Origin: Terriglobia bacterium
GTDB lineage: Bacteria > Acidobacteriota > Terriglobia > JAJPHL01 > JAPKYU01
Reading direction: 5' to 3'
Length of the DNA: 64,000 nt
Assembly: GCA_965223005.1 (NCBI GenBank)
Contig: CBDCVK010000010.1
Coordinates: 320,001 to 384,000 of the forward strand
Notes under the pieces: generated by a model
Database searches by the model: none
The model's input: the letters and a program-made list of their open reading frames with translations, nothing else
What the model was told of the DNA's origin: nothing
Shown: positions 28,321-37,339 of the stretch, piece after piece
Position numbering within the stretch: the stretch's first letter is position 1
How the letters are laid out: each line of letters opens with the position of its first letter
Translations under genes and position numbers: made by a program

Positions 28321-28395
28321 CGGTAGTAATCTTACCGGAGTGGCGTAGCGACGCCAAACTAGTAGTGTCCTAATTTGATAAATCTAGGACACTAC
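28321..28395. promoter_or_regulatory. Three consecutive inverted repeats in the divergent lpxA2/lpxD intergenic region
   Basis: cggta..taccg (28321-28337); tggcgt-agcg-acgcca (28341-28356); gtagtgtccta-N12-taggacactac (28362-28395). Confidence 0.6.
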
Positions 28396-28418
28396 CGAGA
28401 AATTGGCAGGGGGAGAGG

Positions 28419-29423
28419 ATGGGTGCGCAACCAGGCAAACCGAGCGGTGAATCTGTGGAAGCGCTGGCCGCGGTGGCTGGCGGCACGGCCGAAGGGGAGA
28501 CCGGGCGGTTGATTCAAGCAGTGGCGCCGCTGGAGAGCGCCACCGAGCAGGACGTGGTCTTCGCCGACTCAGAGCGAGCGCTGAAGCAAGCGCGCGAGAG
28601 TCGGGCGGGATGCATCGTTGTAGGAGAGGGCGCCGAGGCAGGCGGGCGCACAGTGATTCGCGCACGCAATCCCAAGCTGGCGTTTGCCCGCATCGTGGAG
28701 CGGTTCCACCCGCAAGCGCGACCAGCCGCTGGCATACACCCGACGGCGGTGGTGGACCCCGGTGCCCGTCTGGGCGAGGGGGTGCATGTCGGTGCCTACG
28801 CGGTCGTCGGCGCCTGGGTGGAGGTCGGCCCGGAGACGGTCATCGGCGACGCCTGTGTCCTGGGCGAGGGCGTGCGCCTGGGCCCAGGCTGTTTTCTCTA
28901 TCCGCGCGTCACCATCTACCCGGGCACCACCGTTGGGGCTCGCGTCATCCTGCACAGCGGGGTGGTGCTGGGCAGCGATGGCTTCGGGTATGTCTTCGAC
29001 GGCCAGCGTTACGAGAAGTTTCCGCAGGTGGGCACGCTGGAGGTGGGCGATGACGTGGAAGTGGGGGCCAACACAACGATTGACCGGGGCACGCTGGAGG
29101 CAAACCTCATCGGGCGCGGCACCAAGATTGACAACCTGGTGCAGGTTGCGCACAACGTCACCATCGGCGAGCACTGCGCGATTGCCTCGCAGACTGGCAT
29201 TTCCGGCAGCGTGGTGATCGAACCCTATGTGGTGATTGGCGGCCAGGTGGGCATCGGCGACCACGTGCGCATCGAGCGCGGAGCCGTGCTGGGGGGAGGG
29301 TGCGGCGTGCTTCCGCACAAGACCATCCGCCGCGGCCAAACGGTCTGGGGAACCCCGGCGCGGCCCATTAAGGAACACCTGGAGCAACTCGCCACTCTTG
29401 CCCGCCTGACCAAGCGCGGCTAG
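28419..29423 (+). CDS. lpxD: UDP-3-O-acylglucosamine N-acyltransferase
   Basis: GSDGFGY, PQVG, GANTTIDRG, KIDNLVQVAHNV, GGQVG. Confidence 0.95.
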   Translation: MGAQPGKPSGESVEALAAVAGGTAEGETGRLIQAVAPLESATEQDVVFADSERALKQARESRAGCIVVGEGAEAGGRTVIRARNPKLAFARIVERFHPQARPAAGIHPTAVVDPGARLGEGVHVGAYAVVGAWVEVGPETVIGDACVLGEGVRLGPGCFLYPRVTIYPGTTVGARVILHSGVVLGSDGFGYVFDGQRYEKFPQVGTLEVGDDVEVGANTTIDRGTLEANLIGRGTKIDNLVQVAHNVTIGEHCAIASQTGISGSVVIEPYVVIGGQVGIGDHVRIERGAVLGGGCGVLPHKTIRRGQTVWGTPARPIKEHLEQLATLARLTKRG

Positions 29424-29466
29424 TCGTTGCAAGTTGGCGCACGCGAAACGGTGGAGGACACGCGCT

Positions 29467-31179
29467 TCACTTGGCCAACTCCAGTTCCAGCCTCCCCTGG
29501 ATGTGCGCGCGGCGAGCTTCCCAGAGAATGACGCCGGTCATGATCAACAGCACCAGCGCGCCAATCGCGTTGGCGGCCGTGACGCCGGCAGCCAGCAACC
29601 CCTGGTCCAGCACGGTGCCGCTGAAATTGGCAAACTGGGTGACCAGCGCCCACAGCGAAATCGTCATCATGAAGAGCATAGGCAGCAGAGTGAACCAGTA
29701 GGGGCGTCCGGTACGCATCAACCAGCGGGTAACGGCCAGCAAGGTGAGGGCAGCCAGCAACTGGTTGGAGGTGCCAAACAGCGTCCAGAATTTCAGGTAG
29801 GCGCCCTTCTCCGCCGTGGCGATGAAAATGTAGGCCGGAAGGAGCGTGATGGCGGTGGCCGCTATCATGCCCCGCTTCCCTTTCCAGTCGAACAGCTCCA
29901 GCACAATGTGGCGGCCCAGGCGGGTGGCCACGTCCAGCGTATCAAAGACAAAAGTAGAGAAGGCCATGGTCCCGAAGGTCACCGCAAACAAACGATGCTT
30001 CTCGCCGATGAGGACTGTCAGGAAGGAGCCCAGGCCGTTTCCATAAATGGTTCCCGGCGCCAGGCCGACGGTGTCCTTCGGCAGCACGATCATGATGGTG
30101 GCCAGGGCAATCAGTGCCACAAATCCTTCCAGCAGCATCGCCCCGTAGCCGATGGGCCGGCTGTCGGGCTCACAAGCGATCTGTTTAGAAGTCGTGCCGG
30201 AACAGACCAGGCCGTGGAAGCCGGAACAGGCGCCGCAAGCAATGGTGACAAACAGGAAGGGGAACAGCGGGATCGCCGAGCCGTCTTTGGCTGTGGCGCT
30301 CCAGGTTTTGAACGAGTCCTGGACAACCTCAAAGTTGCCGAAGAACACCCCAAACACTCCCACGGCTAGCGCAGTGTAAAGGACGAAGCCACCCAGGTAC
30401 CCCCGGGGTTGCAGCAGCGCCCACACCGGCACGAGCGAGGCCACAAAGCAATAGGCCAGAATCAACAGCCCCCACATCTTGACCGGGTTTTGGGAAGCAA
30501 AGACGAACAAGGTGGAAACCTTGGTGCTCAGCCATACCAGCACGAATGTGCCCGGCACAAAAGTGACCGTCAGCAGCCACAGCGGCGGGTTCCAAAACCT
30601 CCGGATCAAGCCCATCACCACGGCCAGCAGCAGATACAGCGTGCTAGCCAGAGCCACGGCTCCGCCAGGGTTGAAGGTGACGTTTTGGAGTGGAAACTCC
30701 TGGGTGTCGCCGACGAAGGTGCTGGCGGTGATGTCGGCAAAGGCCACGATGACGTAGATCAGGGCGATCCAGATGAAGCTCAGCATGGCCCACCAGGCGC
30801 GGCGGCTTACGTTCTCCCGCATGATCTCGGCGATCGAGCGCGCCCCGTGACGCAACGAGGCGATGAGGCTGGAGAAATCGTGCACCGCACCGATGAAGAT
30901 CACCCCCAGGACAATCCACAAAATCGCGGGCAGCCAGCCAAAATAGATGCAGGCAATGATGGGGCCGGCGATGGGCCCGGCAGCGGCAATGGCAGAGAAA
31001 TGCTGCCCCAGCAGATAGAAGCGGGGGGTGGGCACGAAATCCACGCCATCGTTGACGGTGGCGGCGGGAGTGGGCCGGTTCGGGTCCAGGGCCACCAGCC
31101 GGGCCACGAATCTTCCGTAGAGGCTGTAGCCAGCGATGAGCAGCAACATCACGATCACTGCGAGCAGCGGCAAGCTCAT
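29467..31179 (-). CDS. cstA: Carbon starvation protein A (peptide/pyruvate transporter)
   Basis: DGVDFVP, HFSAIAAAGPIAGP, LLQPRGYL, TIACGACSGFH, FGTSNQLLA. Confidence 0.93.
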   Translation of the reverse strand: MSLPLLAVIVMLLLIAGYSLYGRFVARLVALDPNRPTPAATVNDGVDFVPTPRFYLLGQHFSAIAAAGPIAGPIIACIYFGWLPAILWIVLGVIFIGAVHDFSSLIASLRHGARSIAEIMRENVSRRAWWAMLSFIWIALIYVIVAFADITASTFVGDTQEFPLQNVTFNPGGAVALASTLYLLLAVVMGLIRRFWNPPLWLLTVTFVPGTFVLVWLSTKVSTLFVFASQNPVKMWGLLILAYCFVASLVPVWALLQPRGYLGGFVLYTALAVGVFGVFFGNFEVVQDSFKTWSATAKDGSAIPLFPFLFVTIACGACSGFHGLVCSGTTSKQIACEPDSRPIGYGAMLLEGFVALIALATIMIVLPKDTVGLAPGTIYGNGLGSFLTVLIGEKHRLFAVTFGTMAFSTFVFDTLDVATRLGRHIVLELFDWKGKRGMIAATAITLLPAYIFIATAEKGAYLKFWTLFGTSNQLLAALTLLAVTRWLMRTGRPYWFTLLPMLFMMTISLWALVTQFANFSGTVLDQGLLAAGVTAANAIGALVLLIMTGVILWEARRAHIQGRLELELAK

Positions 31180-31373
31180 TCCTGCCCCCTTCCGTGACTG
31201 AGTAAGATTTTAAAACGCCCCTGGCTCCCACCGTATAGCGCGAAGTCTCGGCCTTGTCCAAAGGAAAAGCATGCGAGCCTGCCAGCTTTGTCGGTCTCCG
31301 AACAGGCCGCGGCGTGCCTTTACCTCCGTTCCCGTTTTGGCTATGCTGTGCGCCAGTTGGGGAGAACGCCGCC

Positions 31374-33056
31374 ATGAAAGCGCAGTTAATGTTTGCTTCT
31401 CTGTTTACCTTGGGCCTGCTAACCGGCTTTGTAGCCACTATTGTGCTGCTAGCCATGTACTGGGGCGGCATGATCAATGCGGTCGGCCTGATTGCGCTCA
31501 CCGTTCTGTTCAACGTCGCGGCCTGGCTGCTTTCGCCCTGGATCCAGGACCTGATCCTGCGGTGGTTCTACGGCGCCGAGGTGGTGGAGTGGTGGGACTT
31601 CCAGCAGCGCTGGCCCCGCCTAGCCAAGGACGTAGAGGCGTCCTGCGCCAAGCATCGAGTCCCCATCCCCAAGATGCGCATCATTGACGACGGGAATCCC
31701 ACCGCCTACTGTTTCGGGTCCGGCGCGTGGAATTCGCGCCTGGTGGCCACCCGCGGCCTGTTCCATTACCTGGATGAGGACGAGGTGACCGCGGTCTACT
31801 TCCACGAACTGGGCCACATCGTCAACCGCGACTTCATCGTCATGACCATCGCCGCCACGCTGCTGACGGTGCTGTACGAAATGTATGTGGTCTTCACCCG
31901 GATGAGGAGCCGGGGCAGCGGCCGCAATCCACTGCCCATGATTGGCCTGGTCTCCTACGTCTTCTACCTCATCGGCACCTACATGGTGCTGTATCTCTCC
32001 CGCACCCGCGAGTACCTGGCCGACCGCTTCGCCGCCGAGGAGACACGCAATCCGAACTGGCTGGCGATGGCCCTGGTGAAGGTGGCCTACGGCATTACGG
32101 CCGCCCCGGACACGGAAAAATCCAAGCGACTGATGGCTTCCACACGCGCCCTGGGCCTGTGCGACTACAAGTCGGCGAGCGCTGCCGGGTCGGCCTACGG
32201 CGAGATCGCCGGCGGTGGGGGCGGGGTGGCTGTGGCCGAAGCGTCCGCCGCTCCCGCTTCGGGCGGCGGCCTTCGGGGGCGTATCGAGCGCGTCTTCCTG
32301 TTTGACTTGTTTAACCCCTGGGCTAAGGTCGGCGAGTTCAACTCCACTCACCCGCTCACCGGCAAGCGCATCAAGAAGCTGATGGAATACTGCCCGGAAT
32401 TCGGCCTGTCGCCGCGGTTCGATTTCGCCATGGCGGAGTACGAGGGGCAGATGCTGGACCGTGGGCGCCTGTACCGCAACTTCGTGCTGGAGTTGGGCAT
32501 CTACTTCGGCCCCATGCTCGGTTTGGCTGCGGGCTTGGTAACGGCTTTTCTGGTGCCCTCCGGGCCGGCCCTGGTCGCGCCAGTGCTGGGCCTCGGTATA
32601 GGCTGGAGCCTGCAGGGCCTCTACCGCTTCCCTGGCGGTGCCGCCGAGCGCACCACCGTGTTGGAGCTGATGAGCGACCCCTATGCCAGCCCCATCCGCG
32701 GCCGCCTGGTCTACCTGGAAGGAAAACTTGTAGGACGTGTGCAGGCGGGCAGTCCGATTGGGGAAGATATGATGCTTGAGGACCGCGGCGGTGGCCTGAT
32801 CTCGCTGAACTATGAGTCGTGGCTTCCCTGGTTGGGCAATCTCTGGTTTGGCTGGCGTAAGGTGGCCAACCTTATGGGCGAACCGGCGAGCGCCCTGGGC
32901 TGGTTCCGCCGCTTCACCACGGCCATCGTGGACCTGAACCAGATCAAGACCCCCGGCCAGACCCTGCACAGCTACACGCGCTTCTGGGGCCTGTATCGCG
33001 GCCCCGTGTTCATCCTGCTCGCCCTGTTCTTAATGGTGATCGTGGGCTCGTCTTGA
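31374..33056 (+). CDS. M48 (HtpX-like) membrane zinc metalloprotease with C-terminal extension
   Basis: PTAYCFG, HELGH, SRTREYLAD, STHP. Confidence 0.9.
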   Translation: MKAQLMFASLFTLGLLTGFVATIVLLAMYWGGMINAVGLIALTVLFNVAAWLLSPWIQDLILRWFYGAEVVEWWDFQQRWPRLAKDVEASCAKHRVPIPKMRIIDDGNPTAYCFGSGAWNSRLVATRGLFHYLDEDEVTAVYFHELGHIVNRDFIVMTIAATLLTVLYEMYVVFTRMRSRGSGRNPLPMIGLVSYVFYLIGTYMVLYLSRTREYLADRFAAEETRNPNWLAMALVKVAYGITAAPDTEKSKRLMASTRALGLCDYKSASAAGSAYGEIAGGGGGVAVAEASAAPASGGGLRGRIERVFLFDLFNPWAKVGEFNSTHPLTGKRIKKLMEYCPEFGLSPRFDFAMAEYEGQMLDRGRLYRNFVLELGIYFGPMLGLAAGLVTAFLVPSGPALVAPVLGLGIGWSLQGLYRFPGGAAERTTVLELMSDPYASPIRGRLVYLEGKLVGRVQAGSPIGEDMMLEDRGGGLISLNYESWLPWLGNLWFGWRKVANLMGEPASALGWFRRFTTAIVDLNQIKTPGQTLHSYTRFWGLYRGPVFILLALFLMVIVGSS

Positions 33057-33121
33057 CCTCCGGTGGGGGTCCCGCCGCACTTGTAGTGGGCTGCGTATGA
33101 ACCCAGCACCCGCGGCGTCGC

Positions 33122-34780
33122 ATGGAACAAAGCCGCATACCGCCGCCGCTTCTCCGCGCTCCCCGGTTTCCTGACCACCTGCTGGCCGGCCTCTTCCTGT
33201 TGACCGCACTGGTTGGCCTGTTGGCCTGGACTCGGCTGGCGTCCTTCGACCGCTACACAGTGGTGTTGAGGAATGCACGGGACATGCCACTCCGCGTGGT
33301 GGTGTTCGAGCCGCACCATGTTCACGGGGGACAACGCCCGCGGCCCGCTGTCCTGGTCTGCCAGCCGGTGAACAGCCCGCCGGAAGCAGGGCTGGCGTTG
33401 ATCCTGGAATTCGTGCGGAGAGGCATGCTGGTGGTTACGTTCGATTTCCGCGGGGCCGCTCCCGGTGAAAACCGCAGCCTGCTGCGCGAGGACCTGCTGG
33501 CCATCACAGCCTTGGACGCCGCTGCCGCGCTGGACTACCTGGCCCGCCGGCCCGATGTGGACCGCGCCCGCATTGGCCTGATCGGCCATTCCGTGGGGGG
33601 CACGCTCGCCCTCCGCGCCGGCATCGAGCAGCCCTGGGTGCGCGCCACTGTCGCGGTGGGCATCGCCGGCGACGTCACCAAGACCCGGCCGCAGAACCTG
33701 CTCTGGCTCGTGGGGCTCTACGACGAGTTCCGCCCGCTTTCCGAGATGCAGCAGGTGATGGAATCGAGCAACAGCGAGGGGATCGCGGAAATTGAGCGCA
33801 CCACCGGCGATTTCGGGCGGGGAACGGCGCGGCGACTGAGCGTGACCGCCACAGCCGACCACTTCACCGAGTTTTCAAACCACGGTACGGCGGTGCGCGC
33901 GTTGGAATGGTTCGCCAGTTCATTTGAGGGGCGCCCTGCGCCACGCCCGGGCCTGGCTGTCGCACCCTGGTTTTACGCCTGCTACAGCCTGGCGTTCCTG
34001 TTTGGCTGGCTGCTGCTGGTGCGTCGCTTTCGCCCCGCACGGCTGCACCTGTTCACTGTCGCGATCGGCGTGCTGGTGGCAGCGCTGGTTCTGGTGCCGG
34101 TGCCGAGACTTGCACTGCTCCGCGCCGACTTGGCGCTGTGGAGCCTGGCGCTACTACTGGTGGTCAACGCAAGAAGCAAAATCCTTCCTACCGGTGCCAC
34201 GGGCGGTGTGGCGAGCCGCGCGGCACGGCTGATTACACTGATTGCGCTGGGCTGGTTCAGCCTGCTGATCACGCTCGCGGTCAACCAAGTGGCGTACTTC
34301 TGGCGCTATCCACACCTGCTAGTTGGGCTGCCTGCGTTTCCCTTTTGGCACGCCACCGGCCTGCTCAATTCCTACTTGCTCACCTATCCGCGCGGGTTGC
34401 TGTTCGCCAGCTATACCGGGGCTGTGCTACGCCCGGGATGGCTCTTCTGGGGGATCTTGGCCATGGAGTTGGTCCGGCCAGGCCTGGTGCTGGGTGGGCT
34501 GTGGAGCCTGGCTCGGCGTTTTGCACCACGGCGAGAGAAAACAGCCGCACCGGAGCGAAGGAAATGGGGGTCTTGGCTTCTGGTGCTGGCAATGTTCGGT
34601 GCCCTGGCGGCGATTGTCTCCGTCCGCGCGGCCCAGGGCTTTGTGGACCAGGAGTCGCTGCGTCTGGCCGGCTGGGTCATCCTCCGTTTCGCCGTGCTGC
34701 CCTTCTTTATCTTCGCCCTCCTGAAACGCCGCTTTGAATGGCGCATGGCGGACTGTGGGGATGTCAAAGATATCAAATAG
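33122..34780 (+). CDS. Alpha/beta hydrolase fused to a multi-pass membrane domain
   Basis: TFDFRG, GHSVGG nucleophile elbow, ADH His; many C-terminal TM helices. Confidence 0.8.
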   Translation: MEQSRIPPPLLRAPRFPDHLLAGLFLLTALVGLLAWTRLASFDRYTVVLRNARDMPLRVVVFEPHHVHGGQRPRPAVLVCQPVNSPPEAGLALILEFVRRGMLVVTFDFRGAAPGENRSLLREDLLAITALDAAAALDYLARRPDVDRARIGLIGHSVGGTLALRAGIEQPWVRATVAVGIAGDVTKTRPQNLLWLVGLYDEFRPLSEMQQVMESSNSEGIAEIERTTGDFGRGTARRLSVTATADHFTEFSNHGTAVRALEWFASSFEGRPAPRPGLAVAPWFYACYSLAFLFGWLLLVRRFRPARLHLFTVAIGVLVAALVLVPVPRLALLRADLALWSLALLLVVNARSKILPTGATGGVASRAARLITLIALGWFSLLITLAVNQVAYFWRYPHLLVGLPAFPFWHATGLLNSYLLTYPRGLLFASYTGAVLRPGWLFWGILAMELVRPGLVLGGLWSLARRFAPRREKTAAPERRKWGSWLLVLAMFGALAAIVSVRAAQGFVDQESLRLAGWVILRFAVLPFFIFALLKRRFEWRMADCGDVKDIK

Positions 34781-34818
34781 GCAGGACTAACGAACTTCTG
34801 ATGGGTACTCCGAGCTTC

Positions 34819-35190
34819 TCACCAGTGGAGCCACTTGTGTGGGGTGATCTCGACAAGCTGGGTGTACCGGTGCTCGTAGGAGATGTCCCAGCCGTATTTT
34901 TCGACGAACCCTGAAACCATCGCGGTCGGCCAGGGCTTCTCCAGAACTCGCGCCTCGCCTTCGCAGATGAGAGGATTTACGCCGTCTTCCAGCGCCAAGC
35001 AAACCTTCCGGTTGGACCGCAGGTTCCGCCCTTTCACGCTTTTCGGCTCAATGCAGATGTAGAGCTGGTCTTCCACGTGCGTAAACCACACCGGCACCAT
35101 ATGCGGCCGTCCGTCCGGACGCGCCGTCGCGATCCAGATGTTCCGCTCCCGCGCTAGGCGTTCTTTCGCTGCTTGAGGGATGGGTGGCAT
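34819..35190 (-). CDS. Pyridoxamine 5'-phosphate oxidase-like (PPOX-class) protein
   Basis: IATARPDGRPHMVPVWF, KGRNLRSNRKV. Confidence 0.85.
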   Translation of the reverse strand: MPPIPQAAKERLARERNIWIATARPDGRPHMVPVWFTHVEDQLYICIEPKSVKGRNLRSNRKVCLALEDGVNPLICEGEARVLEKPWPTAMVSGFVEKYGWDISYEHRYTQLVEITPHKWLHW

Positions 35191-35359
35191 CGGCGCCTTT
35201 CATGATAGCGGATTGGCTTTGCGGATTCCGCACTTGTCGCTCCTGAACGGCATGCCAGACGACGCGTCTCAAATCGTGCCAGCCAGGACGAGAGAGGACC
35301 ACCAAACACTGAATCGGCGGCAACTTTGTTATGCGGCAGGTCTGTTATAATGGCCGTCA

Positions 35360-36742
35360 ATGGAACGCGGTCAAAAGACCTTCTACATCGAGACGTTCGG
35401 TTGCCAGATGAATGTGCACGACTCCGAGAAGGTGGCGGGCACGCTGATGGCGCAGGGGTACCGGTCGGTCGGGACCCCCGAGGAAGCCGACCTGGTGTTG
35501 TACAACACCTGCTCGATCCGCGACAAAGCCGAACAGAAGGTTTTCTCCCGCCTGGGGCAGTTCAAGCGGACGCAGAACAATGGCCAGAACAACGGCAAGC
35601 TGTTCGGCGTGCTGGGCTGTGTGGCGCAGCAGGAAGGGACGCGAATTTTCGAGAAGGCACCGCACGTCAGCCTGGTAGTGGGTTCGGCCAGCTACCGGAA
35701 GTTGCCGGAGCTGCTGGTGCAGCTGGAGTCAGGCAACCGCCGGGTCACCGGCCTGGAGCTGGACACCGAGGAGACCTTCGAGACTGAGTTCACCCGGCGC
35801 GACAACCCGTACCGCGCCTATCTCACCATCATCGAGGGCTGCAACAATCACTGCGCCTTCTGCGTGGTGTCCTTCACACGGGGGCCGGAGCGCAGCCGCA
35901 GCAGCACCGACGTTCTGGCCGAGGCGCGCCGCCTGGCCGAAGCGGGCTACACGGAGATCCAGTTGCTGGGCCAGACGGTCAACTCCTACCGCGATCCATC
36001 CTCGGCGCGCTTCAGCTTCGCCGAGCTGCTTTCGGCCGTCGCCGAGGTGCCAGGCATCCGCCGAGTCCGCTTCACAACCTCACACCCGCGCGACTTCACG
36101 CCCGACATCGTGGAGGCCATCGACCGCCACCCGGCGCTGTGCGACCACGTCCACCTGCCGGTGCAGGCCGGCTCCAACCGCGTGTTGGAGCAGATGCAGC
36201 GCGGCTACAGCCGCGAGCAGTACCTGGAAAAGATCGCTTGTATCCGGACGGCGCGGCGTGCTATCAGCATCACAACGGACCTGATTGTGGGCTTCCCTGG
36301 CGAGACCGAGGAGGACTTTGCCCAGACCCTGTCGCTGCTGGAGGAAGTTCAGTACGATTCCGCCTTTTCGTTCAAGTACTCGCCGCGCCCAAATACTGCA
36401 GCACGGGAGTTCTTCAACCAGGTTTCCGAAGAGCAGAAGGGCCGGCGATTGACGATTCTGCAGGAGAGGCAGCGGCAGATCCAGTTGCGTCGGAACCAGG
36501 CGCTGGTGGACTCGGTCCAGGAAGTACTGGTCGAGGGCCGCCAGCCGGCGTTGCACCAGTGGGTGGGGCGCACCTCGCAGAACAAGGTGCTGAACTTCAC
36601 GGTTCCCGCAGGCTCGCCTGACCGCAACCGGCTTGGCTCCTACGCCTGGGTGCAGGTGGGCAGAGCCGGTCCCAACAGCCTGATCGGGGAGCTGCTTCCC
36701 GCCGCCGAGCGCGAGGAAGCTGAACAGCTGGCGCGACACTGA
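35360..36742 (+). CDS. miaB: tRNA-i6A37 methylthiotransferase
   Basis: TFGCQMNVHDSE, NTCSIRDKAEQK, CNNHCAFC, FTTSHP, TRAM domain. Confidence 0.96.
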   Translation: MERGQKTFYIETFGCQMNVHDSEKVAGTLMAQGYRSVGTPEEADLVLYNTCSIRDKAEQKVFSRLGQFKRTQNNGQNNGKLFGVLGCVAQQEGTRIFEKAPHVSLVVGSASYRKLPELLVQLESGNRRVTGLELDTEETFETEFTRRDNPYRAYLTIIEGCNNHCAFCVVSFTRGPERSRSSTDVLAEARRLAEAGYTEIQLLGQTVNSYRDPSSARFSFAELLSAVAEVPGIRRVRFTTSHPRDFTPDIVEAIDRHPALCDHVHLPVQAGSNRVLEQMQRGYSREQYLEKIACIRTARRAISITTDLIVGFPGETEEDFAQTLSLLEEVQYDSAFSFKYSPRPNTAAREFFNQVSEEQKGRRLTILQERQRQIQLRRNQALVDSVQEVLVEGRQPALHQWVGRTSQNKVLNFTVPAGSPDRNRLGSYAWVQVGRAGPNSLIGELLPAAEREEAEQLARH

Positions 36743-36792
36743 CGCACGGAATCAGCAACGGCACTTCAGCGTTGCTGGAGGGGGGAAGACCA

Positions 36793-37275
36793 ATGGAAGT
36801 TGAGATGAAAATCCGCGGACTCATGATGGATCCGGTCACCAACATGCCGATCGTGATCCTGAAGGACGTGAACGGCACCGCCATCCTACCCATCTGGGTA
36901 GGCATCTACGAGGCCAACGCCATTGCTCTGGAGATCGAGAAGGTCAACACCCCCCGCCCGATGACCCACGACCTGATCAAAAACGTGTTATTGGGGCTGA
37001 GCGCTGGAGTGCAGAAGGTGGTGGTGAACGACTTGCGCGAGGACACCTTCTTTGCCCTCATCTGGGTGGAGCGCGACGGCCAGCTCGTCTGCATTGACTC
37101 CCGACCCAGCGATGCTCTGGCGGTCGCCCTGCGCCTGGACTGTCCAATTTTCGTCGACGAGGAAGTGCTGAAGTCCTCCAAGATCACCAACGCTACGGAG
37201 AAGGTCAGCAACGAAGAGCTGCGAAAGTGGCTGGAGAATTTGGGCGACGAAGATATGGGCCGCTACAAGATGTAA
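36793..37275 (+). CDS. Bifunctional nuclease family protein (DUF151)
   Basis: LPIWVGIYEA, RPMTHDL, DSRPSDALA. Confidence 0.92.
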   Translation: MEVEMKIRGLMMDPVTNMPIVILKDVNGTAILPIWVGIYEANAIALEIEKVNTPRPMTHDLIKNVLLGLSAGVQKVVVNDLREDTFFALIWVERDGQLVCIDSRPSDALAVALRLDCPIFVDEEVLKSSKITNATEKVSNEELRKWLENLGDEDMGRYKM

Positions 37276-37339
37276 CTCAGAAGCCGGAAGTCCGAAATCA
37301 AGCTGAAAGCAGAAATTGGCCCATTTTTCAGGGGCCACC

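Noticed and set aside
31620-32969. Long antisense or alternate-frame ORFs (for example 449 aa here, 4244..5215, 47169..48449, 56996..58102)
   Set aside because: These are typical stop-poor shadow ORFs of GC-rich genes, with no recognisable motifs.
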